Positions 29,398 through 43,600 of a stretch of 62,154 bases of DNA are shown here, piece by piece. How positions within the stretch are numbered: position 1 is the stretch's first letter; every line of letters starts with the position of its first letter. The stretch is from a virus (lineage: Duplodnaviria > Caudoviricetes): the IMG/VR virus record IMGVR_UViG_3300017909_004502, positions 1-62,154 of that record; one strand, given 5' to 3'. The translations under genes and the position numbers were made by a program. The notes beneath the pieces were generated by a model that searched no databases, was not told the DNA's origin, and saw nothing but the letters and a program-made list of their open reading frames with translations.

Positions 29398-30906
29398 TTA
29401 GCACCTTCCCACTACTATATTAATTGTGCCTATTTGGTCAGAATCGTAGTCTTGCAATGCTTTTCCTATCACTTCTCCCACTTGCGGATCATGTGTTTTT
29501 TTGGCAACACCGTTGTGTGTTGGGTGTGTTGAAAGCATATCGCCCTTGGATATTTGCCCGACCACTTTACATTTGACTTTTCCTGTCAACGCCACCGGTA
29601 GACCCGACGCATCTGAGTTCATCAAGTACGCAGGATTTTCACTTATAACACCAGCAACTGCTGTGTCATTGCCCGATGTTGAAATAGTAATTTCTTTATC
29701 GCCGCCAAACACCACCACAGTTCCAACACCGTATTCGGCATCAGATTCATAAATCTCAGCCAAGTCAGCATATTGAGCCGATGTTGCTTTGGCATACACT
29801 GTGTTGTATTTTTTGCTGGATGATCCTATGTCGTATGATACATCTGTGTCTGGTTCAATTTCTTGAGTTGTCAGTTTGTCTGATAAGACTAAAGTGCCCA
29901 TTGTGTTGGCACCTGTGCTTGTTACGTTACCTGTTATATCTCCTACTACCGCACCTGTCAACGCACCAGTGAACGCTGTTGCTGTCACTGTGCCGGCCAC
30001 CTGCAATTTTGTGCTAGGCGATACTGTTCCAATACCAACTCTGGAGTTGGTACCATTTATTGTCATTACAGTGGTTGTGGAACCTCCGTCATTGACCTTG
30101 AATGATATGTCTGTGTCTTGTGTCGCGTTTGAAATGATAGCACCACCGGCATCAACACTAATCGTTAAATCACTATCTGTACCTACAATTACACCACCAT
30201 CATTTGCAACTGTCAAAGTACCGGATGTTGTGTCATTGGCATTTGATCTCAAATAATTTGACGCCGCAACACCGCCCAACTTGTCGGCATCATCTGCTGT
30301 ACCTTGGAATTTGACATCTGCGATAGCAGTAGTAAGTGTAATACCTTTTTTAATTGTAGCAAATCCTGTAATTGATGTTTTAGGTGTGAATTGATCTTCA
30401 CTTATGATTGCAATTCTGTTTCCGTCATTGTATATGTTTGTGATATTTTGATTTGTATCAGTTGAATCTAATATTGTGTCAAACGTAAAACCTGAAGTAG
30501 TCGCAGTTGCGTTTGGTGGTCCCACCAATATGGAAGTAGTACCATTGTAAAAATATAATTGTCCTGTGTCAGAGTCAATCCAGATATCGCCCTGTGTAAG
30601 ATTTCCAGGCGCTGTTGATTGATAAGGCGCACTGGCGCCGGCTCCTTGCCATGAAGTTCCTGTGTACACTTGTAGTTTGTTGTTTGTGGAATCCCACCAA
30701 AGTTGTCCCGAAATAGGTTTTGTTGGTGCTGATCCGTTAGAAAAATTCTCTAAAAGGTGCAAGAAATTTTCTGCAATCAATTCACCATAGCCTGCATAAC
30801 CTTTTCCTATCAAACTTAGATCAGTTTGTGCATTGACGACACCGTCCTGTACGGTGTACTGATTTGGTGATGCTGAACTATTTGTCTTGTTTACAGTGTA
30901 CGCCAT
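29398..30906 (-). CDS. Tail fibre-like protein with peptidase G2-like chaperone (paralog)
   Basis: Same N-terminal module as its paralogs; SAQYADLAE..PAYLMN..PVALTGKV..GD.L. Confidence 0.75.
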   Translation of the reverse strand: MAYTVNKTNSSASPNQYTVQDGVVNAQTDLSLIGKGYAGYGELIAENFLHLLENFSNGSAPTKPISGQLWWDSTNNKLQVYTGTSWQGAGASAPYQSTAPGNLTQGDIWIDSDTGQLYFYNGTTSILVGPPNATATTSGFTFDTILDSTDTNQNITNIYNDGNRIAIISEDQFTPKTSITGFATIKKGITLTTAIADVKFQGTADDADKLGGVAASNYLRSNANDTTSGTLTVANDGGVIVGTDSDLTISVDAGGAIISNATQDTDISFKVNDGGSTTTVMTINGTNSRVGIGTVSPSTKLQVAGTVTATAFTGALTGAVVGDITGNVTSTGANTMGTLVLSDKLTTQEIEPDTDVSYDIGSSSKKYNTVYAKATSAQYADLAEIYESDAEYGVGTVVVFGGDKEITISTSGNDTAVAGVISENPAYLMNSDASGLPVALTGKVKCKVVGQISKGDMLSTHPTHNGVAKKTHDPQVGEVIGKALQDYDSDQIGTINIVVGRC

Positions 30907-30909
30907 CTA

Positions 30910-31635
30910 TTAATATCCTGTGTTACTACCTGATGTTGTTCCGCTTATCGTGTTTGACGTGCTCAACGCAGTAGAACTTGTTTCAGTAAATGTTGTTAAA
31001 CTTTGTATTCTAAGTGTGTAATCGATCTGTATCAATCTATTCAATGATTTTTGTACAGGGTGGAATATCACGTGTGTCAACAGTTTGTTTGTTGAACCGT
31101 CCTCTGTGCCTTCCCATGACTTCAATCCCAATTCATCAAACACATAATCACCATTGAAGTTGGTTGTGTTGTCGAACGCCGCCTGTCCAGTTGGCTCACC
31201 GTAGTCTAAAGTACAAGTACAAACTATGTCTGTGTACTTGTTACCTGCTGTGTGACGCACTTCCATTTTGTTACGTGTGGTGTCTTTATTTGTGCTTGAA
31301 TTGTCATCTATCACTTTGTAATATGTTTGATTGTATAGAGATGCGTTGGATCCTGTGGAGTTTGGTGTCAGGTATGTGATTATACCTGTTGGATCGACAG
31401 ATGTTCCACCGTTTCCGAATGCCATCTCATGAACGAAACCTGTTGATTTATTTGCTAATGAATTTGCCAGGGCCTGTGACATGTTTTCATAGTGTATTGC
31501 ATTACGCTTGTCAACTATGACTTCACCTGACTCCGGATCCCAGATCTTGATGTGTCCTTCCATCATCACTCCGGAATGATCCTGAGGTTTCTTGGCCTCT
31601 TCTTTTTGTTCTGTTTGTTTGTTTTCTTCAGTCAT
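30910..31635 (-). CDS. Baseplate/tail structural protein
   Basis: GHIKI..KRNAIH..FGNGG..FDELGL..LLTHVIFHPVQKSLNR. Start at ATG 31635 after a TAAATA box. Confidence 0.7.
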   Translation of the reverse strand: MTEENKQTEQKEEAKKPQDHSGVMMEGHIKIWDPESGEVIVDKRNAIHYENMSQALANSLANKSTGFVHEMAFGNGGTSVDPTGIITYLTPNSTGSNASLYNQTYYKVIDDNSSTNKDTTRNKMEVRHTAGNKYTDIVCTCTLDYGEPTGQAAFDNTTNFNGDYVFDELGLKSWEGTEDGSTNKLLTHVIFHPVQKSLNRLIQIDYTLRIQSLTTFTETSSTALSTSNTISGTTSGSNTGY

Positions 31636-31645
31636 CCTAGTGTAT

Positions 31646-34600
31646 TTATTCAGGTGCATTTGTTGGGTCATCTGCTATGAAACGAGCCTGTTGAGAGGTA
31701 CTTGCCTGTAATCCTTTACCATTTGCAGGATTACCATCCTTGGCAGTGTACCACACCTGTCCTTTCTTGTGTAGTATTTTGATTTGTGTCCCGGATGCTG
31801 GAGCAGTGCTCAATGTTACCGCTGTTGTCGATCCATCCACCGAGTAGTTTATAGTAGAACCGTCCTCGCTGGCGAGCAACAATCGTTGGCCACCAATGAA
31901 TATGTCTAACTCACCTGCTGAGGACGGTGCTTGTGATAGAGCAAACACTGTTGTACTGCCGTCACCTGTGAAAGTGTTGGTGTAAATTGTGTCTGCATAA
32001 GGTATAGTTTGAGTTCCAGATGCGTCTACCACTTCTGCACCTGAACTATGCTCCTTAATTCCTGTTCCGAGAGTACCACGTCTAAGTTGTCCCAACGTGT
32101 TACCTGTTTTTGTAAAATATTCAATTCTTTCTTTGTCAACAAAAATCACTCCCGGAGTGTTGCTTGAAATACTTGGCGTGCCTAACACACTTCCGTCTTT
32201 GACTTCTATTGTTGCCGGATTGTCAATTAGATCTTTTGTCAATTCTGTTGTTGCATTTTTACTGATACGTTTGTAGAAGGTTCTGTTCAACATATCTTTG
32301 AAAATCCTAAATCCTGTTGCACCCACGGCCGAGTCTAATGCAAAATACAACACATCTAGTCTATCGCTTGATGTTATTGTTCTGCCCACAATAGTGATTT
32401 TTGTGTCATTGGTAGTGAAGTGTGGAGAAACCGTGAAGTCTGTTCCTTGTGTGATCTGCTCACCGTTCAACCAAACATACATATATGAAGCGTTCAGCGC
32501 CGCAAATCTCAAATAGAATTCACCATTAGATTTTCCTTCCAATACTTCTCTTCTCAATTTCATGCCCAGTGCGTTGTTGAATGTTGTGACCGTCATCACG
32601 TCAGATGCTGATAAACTGTAACCATCTGATGATATCTGTGTTGTGTCCAGTATAAAGTCTGTGCCCTCTACCCTGTAATGATTGTCCACTAGTGTTTCGA
32701 CAGCAATAACGTCTGTTGCAGACGGTACCGCACCGGTAACAAATTCTATGTTTTGATTGCCGATATCAACTGTGTAATCTGTGTTTAACAATTTTTGGCT
32801 TCCGTTTACAAAAACATTTACTTGTGATGCACTTGTGATCGTTTTTGCCGGATCCACTGTCGAATCCTCGCCCAGACCAGAAACCACACCGTAAGTGTAT
32901 GTGCTTCCGTCACCGAGGTAATAACTGATGTCCGGACCACGCAACATTTTTCCATTGACTTCGATCATGGTCAATCCAGAATATGGACCAACAGTGCCTG
33001 GTGGATATGTCATTGTGTATCTGTTTGTGGAACCATCATAAGTGATTGCTTCATTCCTCATGGAAGCATGTGCCCTAGTGCCGGATGCTTGACTGAAACC
33101 TGCAACCTGTACATAAGCGTTCGCCGCCGGTGGTGTGTTGAATGTTACTGTTATTCGTTTAGCCGAACTTGATGTTGTGAAAGCCGTTGTTGGCACACCG
33201 TCTATTGTGATGTAAATTTGCGAATCTGTAGAGTCACCTTGGAAGTCATCTCTCGAAGCAGTCACGAACTGTGTTGTTGATCCGTCACCTATATATGTGT
33301 CTAACACCCTGTAATTTGATCCAGATATCGCAAAAGTCTTCGTTGCCACCACACTTAAATTTGCAGGTGCAGAGGTAAATGTTATTGTTTTGGCCTGTAC
33401 ATCAATTGTGTAATCTGTGGTTAATTTTTTGATGACACCGTCCACAGTAGCGGTGACCGAACCAAGTGTGCCCGGATATTCGCCTATGCCAAATGTTGTG
33501 GTAGTGCCGTCGCCTCTATAAATTTTTTCTGTTATGAAAGGTACACCCGACTGCGGTGATGTGTACACCTTCATGTCTAATGTGTCAAACAGTTGTCCCG
33601 GAACTGCTTCTTCCGGTGCATAACTTGTGTCTGGTGAGATGAAATCATCACCATCAGTGATTATGTCACTAGGTGCGTAACCCAATGCACTGCCAAATAG
33701 TCCGCCCTTGACAACTGTGTCCAAAGTTCTATCATCTGTTGGTGTCAACACACCGTCCTCGTTGTAAGGTATGAACTCCACCAATGTGCCGTCTGCTGGT
33801 GCACTTGCAAGTGTTTTGCTTGGTGTTGAACCGTCACCTCTGAAACTGTCATGCACTCCACTTGCATTTAAAACTTTTGTTCTTATGCCATTTACAGTAG
33901 TGTATATCAAATACACAGTGTTCTCCGCAGGTGGCGTATCAAATGTGAATGTTGCTGTAGAACCGTCTCCCCTGAATGTCAGTATGTTTGACTTGCCATA
34001 GTTGTCCCAACCAAAATCATAATAGCCGGATTTGTCAAAACACTGTCCCTGCGTAAACAATAGACCTGTAACCATTGTTCCGCCATAGTCAATGCCCGAC
34101 ATCAATTGTGATAACTCATTTCCGGCCATGCCCGAAGTTGGCGTGTAGAATCCTTTTGTTCTATCAGATGCAGTCAAACCGGTTTCGTCTCCACGCAATT
34201 TATAAACAGAGTTTTCGTTTTCTCTGAATTTTGTCGTGCTAGTAAACCTGTTGGTTGCTTTGTAAAGTTCGTTGTTGTATCTAATTAACTGTCCATATTC
34301 GTATGTGCTGTTTGATTCCCAATCCACAACATCGTGCGTTGATTTGATCCTGTCAAACTTCATTGTGACATCAACATCTCTGACAAGGTCGTTGTTCAAA
34401 TTAGCGTATGCTCTTGCAACGTCTGTTGGATTTGTTCCATCATTCTTTCCGCCAGTAATCGTCACTGTTGGTGTTGAAGTGTAATTCCTACCTTTGGTCA
34501 CGACGTTGATACTTGTGACTGCACCGTTTTTGACGATAGCGGTCGCGGTCGCCGCCTGTGTGTCAGGCGTGTCGTACATTTTGTATATTCCGGATTTGGT

Positions 34601-37600
34601 TTCTACACCATGATTGGTTGTTGCTGTTGGCATATAAAAAGTGCCAGCATATTCGTCAAAAGTGTGTGTATGCACAGTACCCGAACCACCGTTTTGAGAG
34701 TCCCAAATTTTGGCCTGTGATTCGCTTGTGAATAACGGATAGTAATATCCGTATGTGCCGGATGTTGCTCCCGAACTGCTAGTGCCACGTATCTGGAACG
34801 GACCGGTTGAAGCAATGGTTCCTCCCAGCACTGTCACTGTTGGTGCAGTCTCGTATCCTGCTCCGCCGTGTGTTACCGTGATCGAACTCACATACTTCTT
34901 GTGATAGTCGTTCCACATCTGCCATGGATATTCACTCAGTTTAGCGGTATCGCTCGAAGTGTTCAGAGATCTAATCTTGCCTGTTGTGGAGTCATAGAAA
35001 GGTGGATTATCAAAATCGGTAAACAATCCATCTTGAGTATCCGTGCCGTCATAACCCAACTTGTATTCCCTTATTTTACTGTGGAATGGTTTGACTTCGT
35101 TTATGTACTCCTCTATCCAATCGTCTGTGCCGATGGTGTACGTTTTCCTTTGATCAAGTTTTCTCACTTTGCTGTTGATATTCAAGAAAGATGTTTTGAA
35201 CAACCAATCAACATAAGTTTGTTCTGCTAAAACTTTTCTTAGCCCGGTAAAAAATAATGTGTTGTACTCTTTGGCCAAATCATTGACAAACAGATCGTCA
35301 CGCAGTGCAGTTAATATTTTCCTAGTTTCTATAGAAGGCTCTTGGTCAAAAAAGTTTTCATCGAATGTATCTTCACCAGCAAAACCTATGGCATCGGTGT
35401 CGTAATCGTAAATGGCAGTCGACAACCTGATTGTGCCGTTCTCGGTTGCAACGTTTTGCCAACCATCTGCTGTTTTCATGTAAATTTTCCAACCACCTGT
35501 GTCAGCACTTGTCACTTTGACATGGTTTCCTAATTCCGCGTCCAAAGTGTCTAACTCATATTCGTAAGTTACTTGTTTGTCTATCTTGGTATTGACATCG
35601 TGTGTCATACTGCCTGAAGTTTCGTACCAATCCACGTATTCCCAGAATTTTGAAGTGTTATAACTCTGTAATTTTGTTCTTGACCATTCTGTGCCGTCCC
35701 ATGAATATATCGCCCAAAAATTGTTGGACCTTTCATCTGCTTTGACCAGATATTTCACAGTACCGGAAAGATCTGCTGTGTTTATGTAAGTAAGTTCGGC
35801 ATAGGTGTCAACACTGCCGTCCCATTCTCCACTCTCGGCAGTTGGTTGAGGGTCGGCACTATCCAAATTTGTTAGTGAGAAGGTACCAACCAATTGATAT
35901 TTCTTCAATACAGAATTAGCATAATCTATAATTTCTTTAAGTGCATCGTATCTGTTTACATACCAACTCTGCCTTGGTCTAATTTTGTTTCCGTATCTTT
36001 CATTTACAGGCAGATCTTGGTCAGGAACTATGTCGCCTTCTTCGTTCGAACCTATCAATGAGTCCCACCAGCGTTTTTCTATTTGCATGCCTGGTCTGTA
36101 ATTTTTGTCACCTTCCCTGACCAACTTCCATATACTGTGAGCGTCCGCCTCAAAAGTATTTGTACGTATGTCAAGGTTTAAAATTGTTTGGTCGTTTTTG
36201 AGATCAGGTAGATTATATACCAAAAATTTATTTGTGTCGGTCACAGCATAATAGCCTATGCCAGAAAGTTTAGGATTTGCAATGGTGTTTGCAACAAAAG
36301 CCGTTGTGTTCTTTCTTTCAACAACACTGTTGACCGGCATACTTGATCTGTTTTTTACCCAATAATAATAATGATTAACGAAACCATTTTTTATACTGCT
36401 GTATTTTTGCTTCACAGTGTAGTGTGAATCATCCGGATAAGCCGGTGTGCCAGATAGATCTCCCCTGTTGATCGAAACAACTTGCTGTGCGTATTCGCTC
36501 GGTAGTAATGTTGACTCTACCCATTCATAAACATCAATCGTGGATCCCGGAAAAGTTTTGCCCCAGTTGTTGAATTTGTATTCTTGATCCCCTTGCTCGT
36601 ACCATAACCATTTCACTGTTGATAGATCCCACCAAACTTCTCCTACATGTTTTTCTGCCCATGCAATTTTTGTTTGTGCTTTACTGCCCACATTGTAGTA
36701 AGCAGGATCGTTTGGAGTTTTGAAGTTGATTTCTGCATCTGCTAAACCTAGTATTCGTCCCTTGATCGGATCATACAAATTAAAAAATTGACCTATCTGT
36801 TTGTCAAAACTGTTGAATGCAAAAACCTGTCCCAATTTGCCTATGTCTATCAACGGTGTTTCACTTGCGATATTTTTCCAAGCATACTCGCCGGCGGTAT
36901 TGAGATCATAACAATGTACTGTTCCGTCGTCTTGTATTTTACTGCTACCGTCACTTACATCGGTGTTACCGTCATCTTTTGGTGCACCCACCATGATACT
37001 TCCGTCAATAGCACACACGCCTGTACCGTACTCGTCATTTGCAGTGACGTTGTCATTGATCAATTTGCCGTCCAACACAAATTTTGTGTTGTACATGGTT
37101 GCGGTATACACCGCACCCGAACCGGGATTTTCATCAACTATGTTTGTATCCTGCAGATCAAATGTTGTTTCGCCTGAGTCAAATCTCATTGGTCTGTCAC
37201 TGCTCATGCCTTCAGCACCTATTACTAGTCTTGTGCCATTGTTGTTTAGATCCAACTGAGATCCAAATTTAGCGTTTGTTAATTTTTCCGGTGCAGTGAT
37301 AGTCTGCTGTAAAGTGTAAGTGTTAGTAGAGCCGTCTGCATTCCATTTGTAGTAGTATATGGCACCACTGTCAGGTGCATTTGGATCATCGACACCAGGT
37401 GCTCCTATCACAAGTGTTGTGCCGTCTTTGCTCATGCTTATTGCATCACCAAAATTTGTGTTCAAAGTTGAGTCTTCGGAACTTGTGCCAACAAGTGTTT
37501 GTACCCTAGAAAAGGAATGTTCCACGCTGTCGTCATTGGACTGTGATGTTCTCACAAAAATTTCAACCTTACCGGCATCTCCCGGAGACAGTGAACTCAC

Positions 37601-40600
37601 TGCCAATATATCACCGTTATCGTTTGTGGCAAGCCTGTGACCGAATCGTTTTCCCGTACCCGGCTCGCTTGAACCTATTGTCACTCTCTGTGTCCATGTG
37701 TCATATGTTGATCCGTCCGAACCAACTTCCCATGTGTACATATACACTTTTCCGGTGTTGCTATTGATACCAGGAGCGGAAACAAACAAGTACTTGGTTG
37801 CAGTACTTCTTGTGCTACTTGCACCGGGCTCTGCTATTTTATGAGCCCAACCAAAATTTTGTGATGCTTCATCAGTTGGTGGAGTAATTTCGTTCAAGGC
37901 ACTGTATCTAAACGTTGCCGGATTCCATACCAATGTTTTCAACAAGCCAGCGTCCGCGAATCTAGTGCTACCGTCTGTACCTATCGAATTGGTGTATGGT
38001 GCACCTGCACACACAAAATTCTCATCTGTGCTGATAGATAAACTTTCTCCTAATCTCGAAGTGTTGTCGTTTCCTGCTGTGGTTGTCACAGTCGACTCAT
38101 TGAACAGAGTTGATCCCGCTGATGCTTCTGTTCTAAACATGACATGGATTTTACCTTGTGCGTCTCCTGGAGCACTGACAATGACCGTTCTTCCATCGTT
38201 ACGTGCAACCACCCTGTGTCCAAAATGTTGACTGGCCGCTGTGGTGTTTGGTGATAGCACCAGTCCAAATGTGTATGGATCCTGCTTCTCGTACACACGC
38301 CATAGTCCTGCACTGTCGCTGTCAGCGTAAACTTTGTCACCGGTTTGATCTATAGAGTCATCTTTTTCCACATACTGGTCGAACGCTAGTCTGTCATTGA
38401 CATTGTCCATCGATGATAACCTAACGCTTCTAAAGTAAAATAAATTTCCATAAGAATTTGCTGTCGATTCATCGCCCAGTGCTGGAATGAATGCTGTATT
38501 TCCGTCATAGTCTACAACAAGTGTGTCATGATCTATCACACGCTTGACCACGTAAACACGGTTGATATCGTCGTTTTCCGCTTGTGCTATTGCAAAATGA
38601 TCGGCCTGCGTGGTTGTGCTACCTGCTGTCAACCCATGTGATTTGTTGAATGTGATTTCTAATTCTGTCGCATTATTGATCGGCTTCAATGAACGCAGTG
38701 TTGTGTCTGCGTTTGTAATTCGCAACACGTCCCAGTCGTTGTTTGATTTGTTTGCTACCCATATAAGTTCACTGGAAGCCACGGCATTCACATCTAAATT
38801 TAAAATATCATCTATGTGGAACGCAGTATGATTAACCTGTGTCAGTCTCGGATAACCTGCTGTCTTGTAAACTTGCACCTGATCTCTGTCAATACCTGTT
38901 TGGGTGTAATCATATTTGGCGAAGGTTGTTGGTACCGAGTAATCTATCGGCTTGTAATACAGTTGCTCTTCGTTTGCGGAATAACTTCTGTTCCATTCTT
39001 TGGATAAAGTTGGATCTAAAATTTCAACACTCTGGTTGGTAGGATTTATGCTGTCCGCTGATAATTTTATTTGTATGCTTTCTGTTTTGTCAGTATTCCC
39101 AATCTGTCCAGTCCTAATCATCCATTCCGGATAAAGATCAAGATCAATATTAGAATTTTCATATTTCGCTTTCAACAGTTTATCAATGGCATTACGAGTA
39201 CCTTTTTCCCTTATGAATCCTTGATAGAACTTGTACTGAGACACATCATTCACAAATAAGTTTTCGAGGTAATCTCTTGATTGATACCCTATTAGACGTT
39301 GTGCCAGTTTTTCTTGCGACTCATCAAAATTATTGGATTCCAAGTTGTAAAAATCATTGAATTGTGAAATTTTGTATTCAAAATTTGGAATCAATTGTGG
39401 TGCAGGTTTTTGCGGTTTGTATATCCATTTGCTGTAATCAAATGCTGTGCCTGAATTTTGATTTGTTTTTGAAACATAAAATTTGCCTTGGTATTCTACT
39501 GCTTGTCCTATTTTGTAATCTGTGTTCTGTAACCAGTAGGTCACCTGCCCAGAATCAAAAATAAAACCAGGAGCATAGTAATCGCCATTCCAACTTGACG
39601 TTTTCCAGCCAACAAGTTTTAATCTTTTTTGTCTGAAACCGTTAGATTGATCATAAAGAATGTCATTAAACACTGTCTTGTTGTCAAACAACAGTAAATG
39701 TTCCTTCTGCACAGTGTTCATTGATATATTGTACATTCCCACTGCCGCTGATTTAAGTTCTATGTCAAATGTTGTACCTATTCTTTTTGTTGATAATTCA
39801 TTGACAGGAATTTTTGCACCTGCACTGTCCAGTATGCTGTAATCACCTGTTATGCTCTTTAATTGTCCCACGACAGAATTGCTTGTGGTTAATTCTAATC
39901 CGTTGGCTCCAGGAGAAACAGTGATGGCCGATCCCGGACTCCATTCTTGCGTGGTCCAGAACAGGAATTCTCTCACTGCATTTTTCCAGTTTAATGTTTC
40001 TTTTAGTTCGTTCGAATATTTGTTAAAAGCAAAACCTTTTGACTCCAAATATTTTCCATATCCAAGCAAGAAGTTTGCTACTTCTTGGATTGTGTCAAAC
40101 ACAAATCCGTAAGGCACTGTTTGCAAAGTCTCATCGAAGTCATTGTATGCAAGTGCTTCCTGGCCGGGTACACTCAACTTAGAATTATTTGTGTTCAACA
40201 ACGGATAGTAAAAATTGAAGTAAGGTTTGTCCGCACTGTACCCTAATATTTTATATCCACCACGTAGACTCGAGCCATCAACACCTACATCTGTGTTCTT
40301 TTCAATCAACACTCCCGAATATGAAAATGTTTCTACAGGATTGGATGCTCTAAAAAGTATTTTGTAGTTCTCGTCTGGTATGAATTTGCTTCCCGACGTG
40401 GATCCCGGAGATACCGAGTCAGTCAAAATTTTAAGATTGTTCTTATCTGTGAAGCCGCCCAATTTGTAGCACAACTGCGCCTGTAAATTTTTCAATTTTT
40501 TGTAATAGAAAGTTACCGGATCTAAATTTTTAGAAATCAGATAGTTCACACACAGTGGTTGATATCCTGCTGTTGTATATCTTGTTGTTACACCGGTTGT

Positions 40601-43600
40601 GTTATTGGTTACTGTTTCCAAATGATATCTTGCATCTGCTAATGTCTGTCTGACACCTGTTTCTGTGCTGATTAAATTTTGGGAAACATTTTTTTCCAAG
40701 CGAGAATTATCAAAATATATTCCAAAAAATTTAGCAGGAGTTGTAAGCGCCAACATCTTAATTGCAGTGAATGGATACGAGCTTGATCTACGCCATGCGG
40801 TCTCTGCCGGTCCCTGATCACCAAACTTCCAACTTGCACTGCGTCCTCTAACGTCAAAGTCTGCAACAAGTCCGGTCGCAATAGGATCTAACAAGTTTCC
40901 CGATGCATCCACCGGGAGGTATCTTTTGATATCTGGCTTGCCATATCTGCCCGGTTGAGTGGCAACTGCGTTCCATAAGACATCGTTACCTGAAGTGTAA
41001 GGAGCCGCACCGTAAGTGGTTTCCCAATCACTAGGCTTCTCGGAATGTCCCAACATCTCCCACGGTCTCGTGTGTGGAGAATCTGTATCATAGAAGTATT
41101 TGTATATTCCTCGCCAAAACCCTGGCAGTTTATCCCCGTTCAACCTATCTGTGCTGAATGCAAAATTGTAAGTGAATGGTGATCCTTCGGAAAATGTTTT
41201 GTTGTTTATGTACTGAACATTGTTTCTGCCGGCCCAGGTGTAAAAGTCAGGACCCATGATATCATTGACTTCATCGATCGTGTAATCGGTGCTTGTGAAT
41301 GCTGTCGGCATGACATCTGCTGTGCTCAACAGAGTGGCATCGTAGGTTGTTTTGCAGTTGTTGTAAATTCTTTTTTCTAATTCTAATATTAGATCGTCCC
41401 TTTCATCGCCGTATGCTTTGATCAACGATCCGTCATGTTTCCTAATCACATTGACAGTGGTTTTATATGTGTCATCCGAAAATAATTCAGGTGTGAACTT
41501 TGGATACATACCCAACTTTGTGGGAGTTGGTGGAATAAAACTTCCGGTTGTGTCAGGATAATCCTTGATCTTTATCTTGTCGCCTTCTGCGAGTGTTTTT
41601 GTTATGTTGATGCTATCGTCAGTTGTGCTAAATGTGTAATCTGTTCCCAACAATAACTGCACATCGTTGAGATACACATACACTGCTCGGTTGCTTAATT
41701 TTGTAATGTCATGCTTGGAATCTATTGCGTATTCTGTTTGGCTGGCATCGGGCACTGTGTAGTTTCGTACAGAAACATTTTCTCCGTATCCGACCATGTC
41801 CTCGTAATAGAATGGAAAATCGTTGTTTCGTCCGGTACCGATCGCTGTGATTATCTCATCAACCCTATCACCTGCCACACCCTCGTATGCCGTGCCTGTG
41901 GCCGTGCTTAAGAATGCGTTGTACCATTTTTCATATTCTTTGTTAGTGTAATCGATTGCACTTATAACATTTGACTCCGGATCTATCAATCCAAAAAACG
42001 CCGGCATCAATGAGCCATCATGCTGTACAATAGAACCACCGTTCCTTAACGCATCAGGCTTATCACGTAGATTGTTGTTGCCAGAATAGTTTCCAGTCAG
42101 TTCTGTGTTGTAGTCGAATATGGATTGTAAATGATTTTGTATTTGTCCAAATGTAAAACTGTCGATGATAGAATTTTTAGCGTTTATTTCCAAGTTGCTT
42201 GGAATCTCGTAGATTCCTTTGTTCGCAATTTTTTCCGACTTGCTGTAAACTGCAATTCTCACTATGTCATCGATTTCTAAATCAGTGTTGAATTTGATAA
42301 ATTTGTTTTTTGTTCCATCTACTATTGTGTAATCGGTAGACACTGTTTTACGAGATCCGTTGACAAAAACACTGACAATAAGGTCGGTAAGTGTAACTGA
42401 ATCTTTAAAGAAATCTATCGGAAATAATTTTTTTTCTAGTTTGTCAACAATGAAAGTTCTCAGCACACGTTGACGTGATTCAGAATCATTTTTGACCCAT
42501 GCACTTTTTGAATTGTGTGTTTGCGTTGCTGTGGTGTAGTGTAAATGTCCTTCCGCTAATTTTTTAGAAACTGTATTTGCTCCGGACTTGTATGTGAAAC
42601 TGCCCGATGTATGGTCAGATTCAAAAACCATATCACCCACGTTGTTAATTGTGTTATATTTTACCTTGATTCCCAACACTGTGTCTGTAGTTGCAGAGTC
42701 GGATGTTGCAAAAGCAAAAACTTTGGCTCCGGCAAAACTTGTGCTTGGATATTTTGTGTTATCAGAATAACTGACATGATCGTTGTCGTACATGTTGAAC
42801 AACGGTTGCTGATTTAATTTTGTTTTGTCTTGTGACGCTGTCCATTGCTCGCTTGTGCTGTTGTAGTGATAAACATTGCCTTGATTGTCGGTACCTAGTT
42901 CAACAAATACACTGTCGCCTTGAGTTGGCGTGCTTTTTTTTGTTAGTGCAATGACTTGAGCACTGTCCGAACCTGTGACAAAGTTTACTGTGTAAACATT
43001 GTTTTTAACAAGACTGTCGTTGTCGTTAGCGAATATGACTGTCATGCCTTCTTCTAATGCTATGCCGTCAATGATGTAACCTGTTTGATTAACCACATCC
43101 GAGAAAGCGTCTGTAGTGGTATCATCATATAATGTAATCGAATCGATAGATTGCGTGCCATGATTGAAAAGCGCCAATCCAGAATCAAATTCTATGATAG
43201 GTCTTTTGGCTCTGTCAGTTTCGTTTAGTACAGGTGTGTTGCCTGTGATTTCTGCTGTTCTCTCAATCACATCTCTGTGGAACCATCTGTTGTACCTCGA
43301 CCATGCATTGTGATCAATGCTGTCTCTCTTTATCGTGATATAATCAGGATCCTTGGGCCTGTAAAAAGCCTTAGAGTAGGGTCTTGAATCAAACACAACT
43401 CCATCAAACGGGATAGTTGTCTCCTCGGCATATGTGGCCGGTGTTATCAATTTGGTTGTGTCCGTCAGCGTTATGGCATCACCAACACCTTCAACATAAT
43501 ATTCTTTGTCTTGGTACGCCGCTGGCACTTTGCTGTTTGTGAATTTTATCTTCATTCCATTGGAAATATCCAATGTTCTCAATGAGTAATTTTTGACACC

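Noticed and set aside
23046-30906. Diversity-generating retroelement or invertible fibre cassette
   Set aside because: No reverse transcriptase, invertase, or near-identical template/variable repeat pair was seen.
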